NCBI GenBank assembly: GCA_965116495.1
Contig: OZ220696.1
Span: 2,496,001 to 2,560,000, forward strand
Source: Gammaproteobacteria bacterium
GTDB lineage: Bacteria; Pseudomonadota; Gammaproteobacteria; Eutrophobiales; Eutrophobiaceae
Length of the DNA: 64,000 nt
Direction: 5' to 3'
Positions within the stretch are counted from its first letter, which is position 1, and every line of letters begins with the position of its first letter. Below, in pieces: positions 39,375 to 49,125 of this stretch. Made by a program: the position numbers and the translations under genes. The notes beneath the pieces are model-generated. The model saw only the letters and a list, made by a program, of their open reading frames with translations, ran no database searches and was not told where the DNA came from.

Positions 39375-40709
39375 TTGCCCGTGCCCAGTGCCCAATCTCC
39401 AGTCACGTTCCGTGACAACCTGCCGGATAAAGTCGATGTGGTCGTTATCGGCGCCGGCATAATCGGCATTTGCACGGCCTGGTTCCTCGCCAGGGACGGA
39501 CATTCCGTACTGGTATGTGAAAAGGGACGCGTGGCAGGCGAGCAGTCCAGCCGTAACTGGGGCTGGGTCCGGCAAACAGGCCGCGATGAAGCGGAACTGC
39601 CGATCATGATGGATTCCATCAATATCTGGGAATCAATAACGGCTGAAATCGAGGAAGATACCGGTTTTCAACGCGGCGGCGTGCTGTTCCTGGCGGAGAA
39701 TGAAAAAGATCAGAACACATTTGAACAGTGGTTGCCTGTTGCCGCAAAGTACGGACTTGATACCAGGGCACTGACCCGGTCAGAAGTGGAGGAAACCGTC
39801 GACTGTAACAGGAATAAATGGGTCGGCGGCCTCTACACGAAAAGCGACGGCAGGGCGGAGCCTTTCAGGGCAGTGCCGGCCATGGCCCGGGCAGCACAAA
39901 AGGACGGCTGCAGGATCATTGAAAACTGCGCGGTGCGCAGTATCGAAACGGAAGCAGGCGAGGTCAGCCTGGTAATCACGGAACAAGGTGAGGTAAAAAC
40001 CGGTGCCGTAGTCTGCGCCGGCGGCGCCTGGTCATCTCTATTCCTGGCCAACCTCGGCGTTTCCCTGCCGCAACTCCTGGTACGCGGCACCGTTGCCAGG
40101 ACAAAGCCGGGACCGGAGGTGTTTCCGGGTTGTGCGGGCTCCCACAGGTTTGCGTTCAGGCGGCGCCAGGACGGCGGTTATACCCTGGCTCTCGGGAATT
40201 ACCTGGAACACTTCATCAGCGATAACAGTTTTCGTTATTGCCTGAAATTCCTGCCGGCCCTGAGGCAGTCCTGGGATGGGATCAGGTTCCGGATTGGTGA
40301 TGGCCTGCTGGAACGCCTGTTCCCGACACGTAAATGGCAGGCCGACGAGACAACACCTTTTGAGCGCACCCGTGTACTCAACCCACCGCCATGCCCTTGG
40401 GCGCTGAAACAGATTCAGGAACGCCTGGCTAAAAGCCTGCCGGTACTGGCTCAGACGGGTATCGAAGAGGCCTGGGCAGGCATGATCGACGCGCCACCGG
40501 ATTTCGTGCCGGTCATGGACGCCATACCGGATTACCCGGGTCTGTACCTGGCCACGGGTTTCAGCGGCCACGGTTTCGGCATAGGTCCGGGCGCGGGCCG
40601 GGTGATGGCGCGCCTGGTACAGGGCAAACCGGCGGAACGTGATCTTACCCGGTTCCGCTTCTCGCGTTTTACCGACGGAAGCCCCGTAATCCCCGGTCCT
40701 GCGCTGTAA
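39375..40709 (+). CDS. FAD-dependent oxidoreductase, D-amino acid oxidase/deaminase family
   Basis: VVVIGAGIIG, AGEQSSRNWGWVRQTGRD, WAGMID and GFSGHGFGIGPGAG motifs. Confidence 0.87.
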   Translation: MPVPSAQSPVTFRDNLPDKVDVVVIGAGIIGICTAWFLARDGHSVLVCEKGRVAGEQSSRNWGWVRQTGRDEAELPIMMDSINIWESITAEIEEDTGFQRGGVLFLAENEKDQNTFEQWLPVAAKYGLDTRALTRSEVEETVDCNRNKWVGGLYTKSDGRAEPFRAVPAMARAAQKDGCRIIENCAVRSIETEAGEVSLVITEQGEVKTGAVVCAGGAWSSLFLANLGVSLPQLLVRGTVARTKPGPEVFPGCAGSHRFAFRRRQDGGYTLALGNYLEHFISDNSFRYCLKFLPALRQSWDGIRFRIGDGLLERLFPTRKWQADETTPFERTRVLNPPPCPWALKQIQERLAKSLPVLAQTGIEEAWAGMIDAPPDFVPVMDAIPDYPGLYLATGFSGHGFGIGPGAGRVMARLVQGKPAERDLTRFRFSRFTDGSPVIPGPAL

Positions 40710-40863
40710 GCGCTTACCGATTTTCACTTTAAGATAACAGTTTTGAACGTACTGATTAATAGTATCGGTGTGGCGCATGTCATACTGCGTTGTTAAAATG
40801 TATACTTGTTTACAACGATATGTCCGGTGCGGGCAGGTCATTTCTCTCAGGGGGAAAAATTCA

Positions 40864-43236
40864 ATGAGGTGTAATCCAACCTGTTATTTCAGAAATTTAA
40901 TTCTATCCATCCTGGGTGTTGTATTGTTCGCGCCCACTGCCTCTGCTGAACTGGAAGAGATTATCGTGACCGCAACCAAGCGCGCCGAAAGCTCCCAGGA
41001 TATACCGCTTTCCATCGAAACCGTGTCGGGTGAAACAATGATGGATATGGGCATCACCGATCTCGCCGAACTTGCGGATACCATTCCCAATTTACAGGTA
41101 GGCTATGGTGTTACATCCCAGGCCATTGCCATCCGCGGCCTGGGGACAGGTCAGGAACGCAGCTTCGAACAGTCCGTCGCCATGTTCATCGACGGGATTT
41201 ACATGCCCCGTTCACGCCAGTACCAGTCCCCCTTCCTTGACGCGGAACGGGTCGAGGTGGCTCGCGGCCCGCAGTCCGTCATACACGGCCTTAACTCGAC
41301 TGCCGGTGCGATCAGTATCGTCACTAACAAGACCCGTCCGGGCGATGCGGCATTCCTGGACCTGACTGCGGACTATGAACTGGAACACGGCGGACCGTCA
41401 CTGGTTGCTATCATCGGCGGCTCCCCGTCCGACACGCTGGGCCTCAGGGCCGCGTTGAAAATTTCAGGCCGTGACGGGTATTTCAATAATTCGTTTACCG
41501 GTGAGGACGAGGGCGATACCGATGAGATGTTGCTTCGTATCAGCGCGGTGTGGGAGTTGAGCGAGGACGTTACCCTGAATGTCAAGTATGAGCGGGCCGA
41601 AAAGGAGATGGAAGGCAATACGGGCGAGTTGTTCGATGATGATGCCGGCACCTTTGCCGCGGGGACCGGGTTCGCCGAACCCAACGACGGCGTACTGAAC
41701 TGGTCCCGCACGTCAAATGGCTGTGAACCTGATCGCAGTGGTTTGCCTGATCCCATTACAGTAGCCGGAGCCCAACCGGAAACCTGTCCGGAGCAACGCA
41801 CACAGACTGATACCATCATAGCCGGCATCGAATGGCAACTCCCCGGTCATGTGTTGTCCGTTGCCGGTGGCCATTCGGAATTCGAATACGATATATCTCT
41901 CGACCTGGACACATACTCAGACGCGTTTGTGGTTGCAGGCATCGATGAGAACTTCGAGCAGGACTCCGTCGAGATCAGGTTAACGTCGGAAAAAGGCGGG
42001 ATGATCGATTACCTGGTGGGAGGTTATTACCAGAAATGGGAAAACTATAACTTGAACCCTGCCCAGTATGGTCCGGCGTTACTGGGGGGCCTGTTGAGCG
42101 CTGCCGGCCCCTTCGGCGCTAACGTTATGATAGATACCGGGAATTCTTTTGAACAGGAGTCCGAGATCTGGTCGGCGTTCGGTCAGGTTACCGTGAATGC
42201 TACGGACTCCCTGCGTATCACTGGCGGTGTTCGTTACACCGATGAAGACAAGCAGTCGTTGTATGACACGCGCTGTCATCTTGGTTTTGTCGATGCAGGT
42301 TTACTGATACCTCAACCTCTGCCCGGCCCGTTAGCCCTGTGTAACACCGATCCCTCTTCGGTTGGATTATTTGTAGACCGAAGCAGCGACAACTGGCTGC
42401 CGGAAGTGGCGCTGCAGTGGGACATGAATGAAGATATCATGCTGTATGCCAAGTGGGGCGAGAGCGCCAAGTCTGGTGGTTTTACTTCCGCCCAGAGAAC
42501 CGCTCCGGGCGGGATGCCCTTTGCGCCCGAAGATCAGGAATACGATGATGAGGAAGCCACAGGTTACGAGGTCGGTTTCAAGTCCCGCCTGCTCAATAAT
42601 TCCGCTGAACTGAATGTGGCCTTCTACCGCACCGAGTTTGATGACTTGCAGGTGAACTCATTCACACCGTCCGGCGCGGTTATCGTACAGCGTGTGACCA
42701 ACGCCGCCTCTGCCGTATCACAGGGCATCGAAGTGGATGGACGCTGGCAGGCCGGCGACTGGTTGTTACTGGGCGCCTCATTTGCCTACACCGATGCGGA
42801 ATACGACAGCTTCGTGAATGGAACCTGTAATTTTGCCAGCGGTATGACCAGTCCCTGCGACCAGTCTGACCGGTCATTGCCCCTCGCGCCCGAGTGGACC
42901 GGCAATATTTACGCCAATACAAGCTTTCCGATTGCCGATAACATCACCGGGATTGCCGACCTGAACGTGTCGTTCAGCGATGAGTTTTATACCGATGCCT
43001 CGCTGGAACCGGCAGGCTTGCAGGACTCCTATGCAAAGCTCTCGGCGCGTATCGGGGTTGAGGCAGCAGACGGCAAATGGACCCTGGCGCTGGTGGGCCG
43101 CAACCTGACGGATGAGAAAGTGTTATCCAGTTCACAGAGTTTCCTGGCGTCCCTGTTTCAGACAACCTACCTTGGATACCTGGAGCCGCCCAGGACAATC
43201 ATGATACAGGGGAACTACCGGTTCGGCGGCGAATAA
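40864..43236 (+). CDS. TonB-dependent receptor
   Basis: Probable start ATG 40864; signal peptide, TonB box LEEIIVTATKR, plug RVEVARGPQS, C-terminal PRTIMIQGNYRF. Confidence 0.92.
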   Translation: MRCNPTCYFRNLILSILGVVLFAPTASAELEEIIVTATKRAESSQDIPLSIETVSGETMMDMGITDLAELADTIPNLQVGYGVTSQAIAIRGLGTGQERSFEQSVAMFIDGIYMPRSRQYQSPFLDAERVEVARGPQSVIHGLNSTAGAISIVTNKTRPGDAAFLDLTADYELEHGGPSLVAIIGGSPSDTLGLRAALKISGRDGYFNNSFTGEDEGDTDEMLLRISAVWELSEDVTLNVKYERAEKEMEGNTGELFDDDAGTFAAGTGFAEPNDGVLNWSRTSNGCEPDRSGLPDPITVAGAQPETCPEQRTQTDTIIAGIEWQLPGHVLSVAGGHSEFEYDISLDLDTYSDAFVVAGIDENFEQDSVEIRLTSEKGGMIDYLVGGYYQKWENYNLNPAQYGPALLGGLLSAAGPFGANVMIDTGNSFEQESEIWSAFGQVTVNATDSLRITGGVRYTDEDKQSLYDTRCHLGFVDAGLLIPQPLPGPLALCNTDPSSVGLFVDRSSDNWLPEVALQWDMNEDIMLYAKWGESAKSGGFTSAQRTAPGGMPFAPEDQEYDDEEATGYEVGFKSRLLNNSAELNVAFYRTEFDDLQVNSFTPSGAVIVQRVTNAASAVSQGIEVDGRWQAGDWLLLGASFAYTDAEYDSFVNGTCNFASGMTSPCDQSDRSLPLAPEWTGNIYANTSFPIADNITGIADLNVSFSDEFYTDASLEPAGLQDSYAKLSARIGVEAADGKWTLALVGRNLTDEKVLSSSQSFLASLFQTTYLGYLEPPRTIMIQGNYRFGGE

Positions 43237-43253
43237 TCTTCTTGATAGCCTGT

Positions 43254-43278
43254 GGGGACGGATTTTAAATCCGTCCCC
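43254..43278. repeat. GGGGAC...GTCCCC palindrome (12-bp arms)
   Basis: ggggacggattt-t-aaatccgtcccc. Confidence 0.88.
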
Positions 43279-43306
43279 TGTACGGCCAGGTATCAGGGGA
43301 AAATCC

Positions 43307-44143
43307 ATGATCAGGCTCGATTATTATGTAAGACGGAAACCCGGTGTCGACCTGCAGGATTTCAAAAACTGGTGGACCCGCCGACATGCCGATTTATGGC
43401 GCAAATCCGCTGAGACGCTGGGCATCAGACGCCACGTGCAACTGGTGGGTGATCCTGAAAACTCCATCGGCATCGGTTACCGCAAGGCCTATGACGCCAC
43501 CGGCGAACCTTTCGATGGCCTGGCCACAACCTGCTGGGCGGATATCCGCATACTACAGGCTGCGCTGGAAACCCCCGCCGGACAGGTGGCGTACCAGGAG
43601 ATACTGGCGGACGAACTGGAACACATCGATACTTCCCGTTGCCGTTTATCCTTCGGCGTAAACCATGCCGTGATTTTTCCGCGGGAGAACATCGAGGCTA
43701 CAAAAGAAACCGACTATACCCGGATAGCCTACTTCCCCGATGCCCTGCCCGGCCTGGCTATCCCTGAAGTGCAACGCCACTGGATTGCGGTGCATGGCGG
43801 CCTGACCCAGGACTATGCGCCTAACTCCCCTAACGCCAAATACATACAGGTGCACAGTTGTGAGCACGAACTTGCAGAAAGGATGCGAGCCGACCGCAAC
43901 ATGCCGGAACACGACCGGCACTTCGGCCATGCCGAGGTCTGGACCTCGCCCGCCGACCAGGAACGGGCTGCCAATAACCCCAGGCGTCAGGAGTTGTTTC
44001 CTCTCTACATCGAGGACATCGAGAACTTTGCCGATTCACACACCGGATACCTGCTGGCCGGCAAGGATCATTACGTGGTAAACAAGGAGATATACACTTC
44101 TCCCCTGCCGAACCCCAGGCCGGAAGTCAAGGGGTCAGAGTAA
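43307..44143 (+). CDS. Tandem EthD-domain protein (copy 1)
   Basis: Two EthD-like halves: RRKPGVDLQDFKNWWTRRHA...FDG and PGLAIPEVQRHWIAVHG...YIQVH. Confidence 0.75.
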   Translation: MIRLDYYVRRKPGVDLQDFKNWWTRRHADLWRKSAETLGIRRHVQLVGDPENSIGIGYRKAYDATGEPFDGLATTCWADIRILQAALETPAGQVAYQEILADELEHIDTSRCRLSFGVNHAVIFPRENIEATKETDYTRIAYFPDALPGLAIPEVQRHWIAVHGGLTQDYAPNSPNAKYIQVHSCEHELAERMRADRNMPEHDRHFGHAEVWTSPADQERAANNPRRQELFPLYIEDIENFADSHTGYLLAGKDHYVVNKEIYTSPLPNPRPEVKGSE

Positions 44144-44199
44144 AAAAATCGAGGTACATATATGCGATACCCGCAAGCGCCTTTTTTTACTCTGACCCC
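44131..44199. repeat. GGGGTCAGAGT...ACTCTGACCCC inverted repeat (18-bp perfect arms)
   Basis: ggggtcagagtaaaaaaa ... tttttttactctgacccc; it supplies the last codons and stop of the EthD gene. Confidence 0.9.
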
Positions 44200-44253
44200 A
44201 TATATTAAGGATGCCGGCCAAGTGATTAAGTGACCCTGCCCAAAAAATCATAT

Positions 44254-44281
44254 CGTCATTCCCGCGCAAGCGGGAATCCAG
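44254..44281 (+). repeat. REP-like GTCATTCCCGC...GCGGGAATCCA element
   Basis: cgtcattcccgcgcaagcgggaatccag. Confidence 0.85.
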
Positions 44282-44316
44282 TCGGTTAAACTATTCCTTA
44301 TACTGTTCCGTAAACA

Positions 44317-45090
44317 ATGAGCGTAAATATCGACATGAGCGGCAGGGTCGCGTTGATCACCGGCGCGGCGCGGGGCATCGGCGCGGCGACTGCGCGGGCA
44401 TTCGCCGAGGCAGGCGCGAACCTGGTGCTGACTGACAGGCTGGAGGGGGTGAAACAAGTTGCCGCCGACCTGGAAGGCTACGGTATCAAGGCGGTGGCTT
44501 ACGTTGCTGATATTTCCAGACCGGAGAACTGCGAGGCGGTTGCCGGCCTGGCTATGTCTGAATTCGGCCGGCTGGATTATGCCTTCAACAATGCGGGCGT
44601 CGGTTCTTCACCGGCTCCCGTGGGCGAGATGGCGGACGAGGACTGGCACCGGATTATGGATGTCAACCTGAACGCGGTGTATTACTGCATCAAGCACCAG
44701 GTGCACGCGATGCTTGCCGATGGCGGTGGCGTCATCATCAACAACAGTTCTTTCTGCGGCGTCGCCCCGCTCCAGGATTCCAGTATCGAATACACATCCG
44801 CCAAGCACGGCGTCATCGGCCTGACCCGGCAGGTCGCCCTGAACCACGCGGCCGAGGGCATCCGCTGCATCGCAGTGTGTCCGGGTTTTATCATGACGCC
44901 GCTGACGGACGCCGACCAGGGAAGCCCCATAAGCAAGGAAACCCGGGAGTGGATGCTTAACCGTACTCCCCAGGGCCGCCTGGGACAACCGGAAGATGTC
45001 GCCAGGGTCGTCCGCATGCTGTGTTCGGAGGAAGCGGCTTACATCAACGGCGCGTGGATCCCGGTGGACGGCGGCCTGCTGTTGTCCTGA
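44317..45090 (+). CDS. SDR oxidoreductase (copy 1)
   Basis: TGAARGIG, NNAG, YTSAKHG and VDGG motifs. Confidence 0.9.
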   Translation: MSVNIDMSGRVALITGAARGIGAATARAFAEAGANLVLTDRLEGVKQVAADLEGYGIKAVAYVADISRPENCEAVAGLAMSEFGRLDYAFNNAGVGSSPAPVGEMADEDWHRIMDVNLNAVYYCIKHQVHAMLADGGGVIINNSSFCGVAPLQDSSIEYTSAKHGVIGLTRQVALNHAAEGIRCIAVCPGFIMTPLTDADQGSPISKETREWMLNRTPQGRLGQPEDVARVVRMLCSEEAAYINGAWIPVDGGLLLS

Positions 45091-45095
45091 AACAG

Positions 45096-45188
45096 TGCCC
45101 ATCCTATTTCCGGAACAGTTTTTACGTCGAATGCTGATAAGTCAGATTTAAGGCGCCTGGGAATGGATTCGTCAAGCAGCAATTTCAT
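45096..45188 (-). pseudogene. Truncated DUF5615 (PIN-like) toxin, first ~31 codons
   Basis: Manual translation MKLLLDESIPRRLKSDLSAFDVKTVPEIGWA. It overlaps the DUF433 3' end and then runs into the antisense of the SDR. Confidence 0.75.
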
Positions 45189-45390
45189 TGGTCAATGCGT
45201 GTTTTGCCTGTTCAAGCGCCATAATCGCTTGTTCACGACTGACTGTAGGAAAGTCTTCAAGAAAGGTATTCAGGGTTTCGCCACTCTCAAGATAGTCCAT
45301 CATTGTTTGAAACGGCACTCGGGTGCCATAAAAAACACAAGCTCCACTCATGATACCTGAGTTTGATACAATCACTTTCATCTCATCCAT
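45172..45390 (-). CDS. DUF433 antitoxin
   Basis: IMSGACVFYGTRVP...LESGETL..FLEDFPTVSREQA. Confidence 0.88.
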   Translation of the reverse strand: MDEMKVIVSNSGIMSGACVFYGTRVPFQTMMDYLESGETLNTFLEDFPTVSREQAIMALEQAKHALTNEIAA

Positions 45391-45629
45391 AATATCAACA
45401 CCAGTATGATTAGTAAGTTTCTGTCTGATAATTATATCCTGTCAGTAACTACAATGTTCGACCCCATTGATATGGCGCGCTGGGTTCACGGTATGGTAGC
45501 AGACCGGCCGGCCGATTCATGATGTTCCTGCCCCTGAATTGATACTTTCGGGTGATGTTTAAAGGCAAAAAATACGTTACCGTTTGAATTCAGGCCACGG
45601 CGTTTGCCGAAACAGGAGGAGAACAAAAT

Positions 45630-46736
45630 ATGAGTAACAAACCAGTCGTCGTCTACGGCGCCAGCGGCTATACCGGCCGCCTGGTATGCGAATATCTGAG
45701 GCAATACCAGATCCCCTTTGTCGCCGCGGGCCGCAACAGGGAGCGCCTGGATAAGATCATGTCCATGGTGCCCGGCATCGAAACCGCGGACTATGAGATT
45801 GCGGAGGTAGAGCACAGCGTTCAAGGACTAGCTGACCTGTTCAAAGGTGCTGAGGTGGTCTGCAACGTGATAGGCCCCTTCGAGTACCTCGGCGAACCGG
45901 TCGTGGAAGCCGCGTTGAAAGCGGGCTGCCATTATATCGATACGACCGGCGAGCCGGCGTTCATCAAATCTGTTAAAGCAAAATTCGGCAGCCTTTATGC
46001 TGATGCCGGCCTGGCCCTGGCGCCCAGCGTCGCCTATATGTATGCGCCCCTGGACATCTGTGCCCGTTACTGCCTGGAAAAAGAGGGCATAGACAGCCTG
46101 GAGGCCGTGGCCTCGGCCACTGCCATCCCCACCTATGCGTCCACCCAATCCATTTTTGCCCTGTTCAAGGAACCGGCGACATTCCTGGAGAATAACCGCA
46201 TAGTGGAATGGCCGGCGGCCAGGGGTTACGAGGTGATGGTGTCGGGCCACGCCATTACCCAGTTTGCCCATCCCTGGGGCGGGGGTGGCCTGCCGATCTG
46301 GTTCGAGGACGACTACCGGGTGCGCAATTGCAGGCAATTGACCAGTTTTACCAACCGACCCATGTTCGAGGCCGTGGTAAATATTCACAAACACTATGAG
46401 GAGAATATCAAGCCCCTGCCCAGGGAGGAGCAGGAAAAGGCCTTGAGTGAGCTCGCCGCGGGCATGCAACCGGGAGAGCCGCCCCGGGAGAACATGTTAA
46501 TCCACCGCACCAGCGACCAGGTGGTGGGTACGGGCAGCTCCGCGCAACGCACGGTCGTGTTGCGCAGCGGACCGGCCTACCACCAGACCGGTATCTTCCA
46601 GGCGGCCGCGGCCAACAAGTTGCTGCACGATGGTACTGACAAGGCTGGTTTTGCCTCACCCTGCGAAGTGGCTGGTCACCGTTACCTGCTGGGTGAGTTG
46701 AAAAATTTTCTGCCCACTGAACTGGAAATCAGCTAA
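45630..46736 (+). CDS. Saccharopine dehydrogenase-like NADP-binding oxidoreductase (DUF5938-type C-terminus)
   Basis: VVYGASGYTG, AAGRN, NVIGPF and HYIDTTGE motifs; AGGAG RBS. Confidence 0.82.
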   Translation: MSNKPVVVYGASGYTGRLVCEYLRQYQIPFVAAGRNRERLDKIMSMVPGIETADYEIAEVEHSVQGLADLFKGAEVVCNVIGPFEYLGEPVVEAALKAGCHYIDTTGEPAFIKSVKAKFGSLYADAGLALAPSVAYMYAPLDICARYCLEKEGIDSLEAVASATAIPTYASTQSIFALFKEPATFLENNRIVEWPAARGYEVMVSGHAITQFAHPWGGGGLPIWFEDDYRVRNCRQLTSFTNRPMFEAVVNIHKHYEENIKPLPREEQEKALSELAAGMQPGEPPRENMLIHRTSDQVVGTGSSAQRTVVLRSGPAYHQTGIFQAAAANKLLHDGTDKAGFASPCEVAGHRYLLGELKNFLPTELEIS

Positions 46737-46745
46737 CACATCGCG

Positions 46746-48299
46746 ATGCGCATTATCGACTTCTTCGACCAGGGCGTTCGCTATTACACCGACAAGGTAG
46801 CTATTGTCGACAACAACAGCCGCTATACCTACGCGGAGGCAGACCGGCAGGTACACCGGATTGCCGCGGCCATTCACGGCAACGGTTTCGGCAAGGGAAC
46901 CCGCGTCGGTGTGTATTCGCCCAATTCAAACGCTGCCTGGCTGGCATTACTGGCCTTGATGCGGGCGGAAGGGGTGTGGTTGCCGATCAACCCGCGCAAT
47001 AATGCTGCAACCAATATCGACCTGGGCAGCCGGTTCGGGATGGACATGCTGTTCTACGATTCCTGTTTCAATGAACAGGTAAAGGAGATACAGGCGGCAG
47101 TGCCCGGAATAAGGGAATTTGTCTGTATTGAAGGCGAGGGGAGCGTCGGCAGGGGACTGGCTGAATTTACCGGGGGACACGGTGACTATCACCAGACAGG
47201 TCCTCAGCAGGCAGGTGAAGTGGCTGCGATATTCCCTACCGGCGGCACCACCGGCAAATCCAAGGGTGTGTTGATGAACCATGAAGCCCTGGAGACCTTC
47301 GCAGCGAATTATTATGCGCATTTCCACTACCGTGAAGACAGCGTAAATCTGGTTGTCGCGCCGATGACCCATGCTGCCGGTATCATGGGTTGCCTTCATT
47401 TCACGCGCGGCGGCAAGAACGTGGTGGTCAAAAACGTGGACCCGCTGTCGATCATGCAGGATATTCAGACGCACAGAGTGACGCACCTGTTCCTGCCGCC
47501 CACGTTGATGTACATGATGCTCGCCCATTCGGACGTGGGGAAATATGACTACTCGTCCCTGCAGCACTTCGTCGTCGGCGCTGCCCCCACCTCCCTGGAA
47601 AAACTCAAGGAGGCGGTAGCGGTATTCGGGCTCTGCATGTCAGAAGCCTACGGCCAGGTTGAGGCCCCGGCCGCGATTACCCTGAAAGCGCCCTGGGATT
47701 ACCTGGATGGGGACGGCGATATAGATGAAGAACGATTAAAAAGTATTGGCCGGCCCGGCTGTTTCAACCAGGTGAACATATTTGACGAAGATGGAAAAGA
47801 AGTTCCTCGCGGCCAGCCGGGAGAAATTTGCGTAAAAAGCCGCCTGGTCACGCTCGGTTACCTGGATGACCCGGAAGCCACGCTCGAAGCGTTCCGCAAC
47901 GGCTGGTTGTGGACGGGGGACATAGGGATTATGGATAACAACGGTTATATCAACATAGTAGACCGCAGGAAGGACATGATCATCAGCGGCGGCTTCAACA
48001 TCTATCCCAACGAAGTGGAGCAGGTGTTGATGGAACATCATGCAGTACAGGAAGCGGCCGTCATCGGTATTCCCAGCGAGAAATGGGGAGAAGCGGTAAA
48101 AGGCATCATTCAGTTGCGACCAGGACAGGAGGTAAGTGAACACGAACTGATTGCTCTGGCAAAAGAAAAACTGGGCAGCGTCAAAGCGCCGAAAAGCATC
48201 GACTTTATCGAAGAGTTCCCCAAGAGCGCGGCAGGAAAAGTATTGAAAACCGAACTGCGCAAACCTTATTGGCAGGGCAGGGAAAGAGCTGTAAATTAG
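46746..48299 (+). CDS. Acyl-CoA synthetase (AMP-binding)
   Basis: TGGTTGKSKG, YGQVE, TGDIG, DRRKDMIISGGFNIYP and GKVLK motifs. Confidence 0.92.
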   Translation: MRIIDFFDQGVRYYTDKVAIVDNNSRYTYAEADRQVHRIAAAIHGNGFGKGTRVGVYSPNSNAAWLALLALMRAEGVWLPINPRNNAATNIDLGSRFGMDMLFYDSCFNEQVKEIQAAVPGIREFVCIEGEGSVGRGLAEFTGGHGDYHQTGPQQAGEVAAIFPTGGTTGKSKGVLMNHEALETFAANYYAHFHYREDSVNLVVAPMTHAAGIMGCLHFTRGGKNVVVKNVDPLSIMQDIQTHRVTHLFLPPTLMYMMLAHSDVGKYDYSSLQHFVVGAAPTSLEKLKEAVAVFGLCMSEAYGQVEAPAAITLKAPWDYLDGDGDIDEERLKSIGRPGCFNQVNIFDEDGKEVPRGQPGEICVKSRLVTLGYLDDPEATLEAFRNGWLWTGDIGIMDNNGYINIVDRRKDMIISGGFNIYPNEVEQVLMEHHAVQEAAVIGIPSEKWGEAVKGIIQLRPGQEVSEHELIALAKEKLGSVKAPKSIDFIEEFPKSAAGKVLKTELRKPYWQGRERAVN

Positions 48300-49054
48300 C
48301 TTGCCAGCATACCGCCGTCAACTTGCAGATAGGCGCCATTTACGTATGCGGCATCCTCCGAACACAGCATTCGCACCACATTGCCGATATCTTCCGGCTG
48401 TCCAAGCCGTCCTTGTGGAATACGGGCGATTAGCCCTTCTCTGGCTTCACCCTGCAGGCTGGCTTGCGTCATCGCTGTCTCAATAAAACCCGGGCCGATA
48501 GCGACACAACGAATACCTTTACCGGCATACTCCAGAGCGGTTGAACGGGTAAGTCCGACGATGCCATGTTTTGCGGCCACATAGTGGGAGAAGCCGGCTA
48601 CCGGGCGCATGCCGCAGATGGAAGAGGTATTAATTATAACGCCTCTTCCCGTTTCCAGCATGGCGATGACCTCATATTTAATACAGTGGAAAACACTGCT
48701 CAAATTAACCGCTATCATCCTGTCCCAGTTGTCTCTGGTTATTTCGTGGAGAGATACGGGATCCCCGCCAATTCCTGCGTTATTAAAAGCAAAATCCAGG
48801 CGCCCGTATTCTGATACAGCCAGTTTGACCATTGCCTCGCACTCTTCAGGCCTGGAAACATCTGTTATCCTGGCTTTTGCAGTACCGCCTGCTGCTTCAA
48901 TATTACCGGCAAGATCCTTCACCTCTTCCAGGATGTCAGTGAGTACGACTGTTGCGCCTGCATCGGCCAATGCTCTCGCCGCGGCCGCGCCAATGCCTCG
49001 AGCAGCTCCTGAAATAACAGCTACTTTTCCACTGAAATCAATTTCTGTACTCAT
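48296..49054 (-). CDS. SDR oxidoreductase (copy 2, paralog of 44317-45090)
   Basis: SGAARGIG, NNAG and YVAAKHG motifs; shares PQGRLGQPED...VVRMLCSE.AAY.NGA with copy 1. Confidence 0.9.
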   Translation of the reverse strand: MSTEIDFSGKVAVISGAARGIGAAAARALADAGATVVLTDILEEVKDLAGNIEAAGGTAKARITDVSRPEECEAMVKLAVSEYGRLDFAFNNAGIGGDPVSLHEITRDNWDRMIAVNLSSVFHCIKYEVIAMLETGRGVIINTSSICGMRPVAGFSHYVAAKHGIVGLTRSTALEYAGKGIRCVAIGPGFIETAMTQASLQGEAREGLIARIPQGRLGQPEDIGNVVRMLCSEDAAYVNGAYLQVDGGMLAS

Positions 49055-49125
49055 AGCACTCTTCCCTGTTTACATTAGCCTCATTAGTTTTCGTGATTCT
49101 CAGATCCGAATGTCACAGCGTTAAT

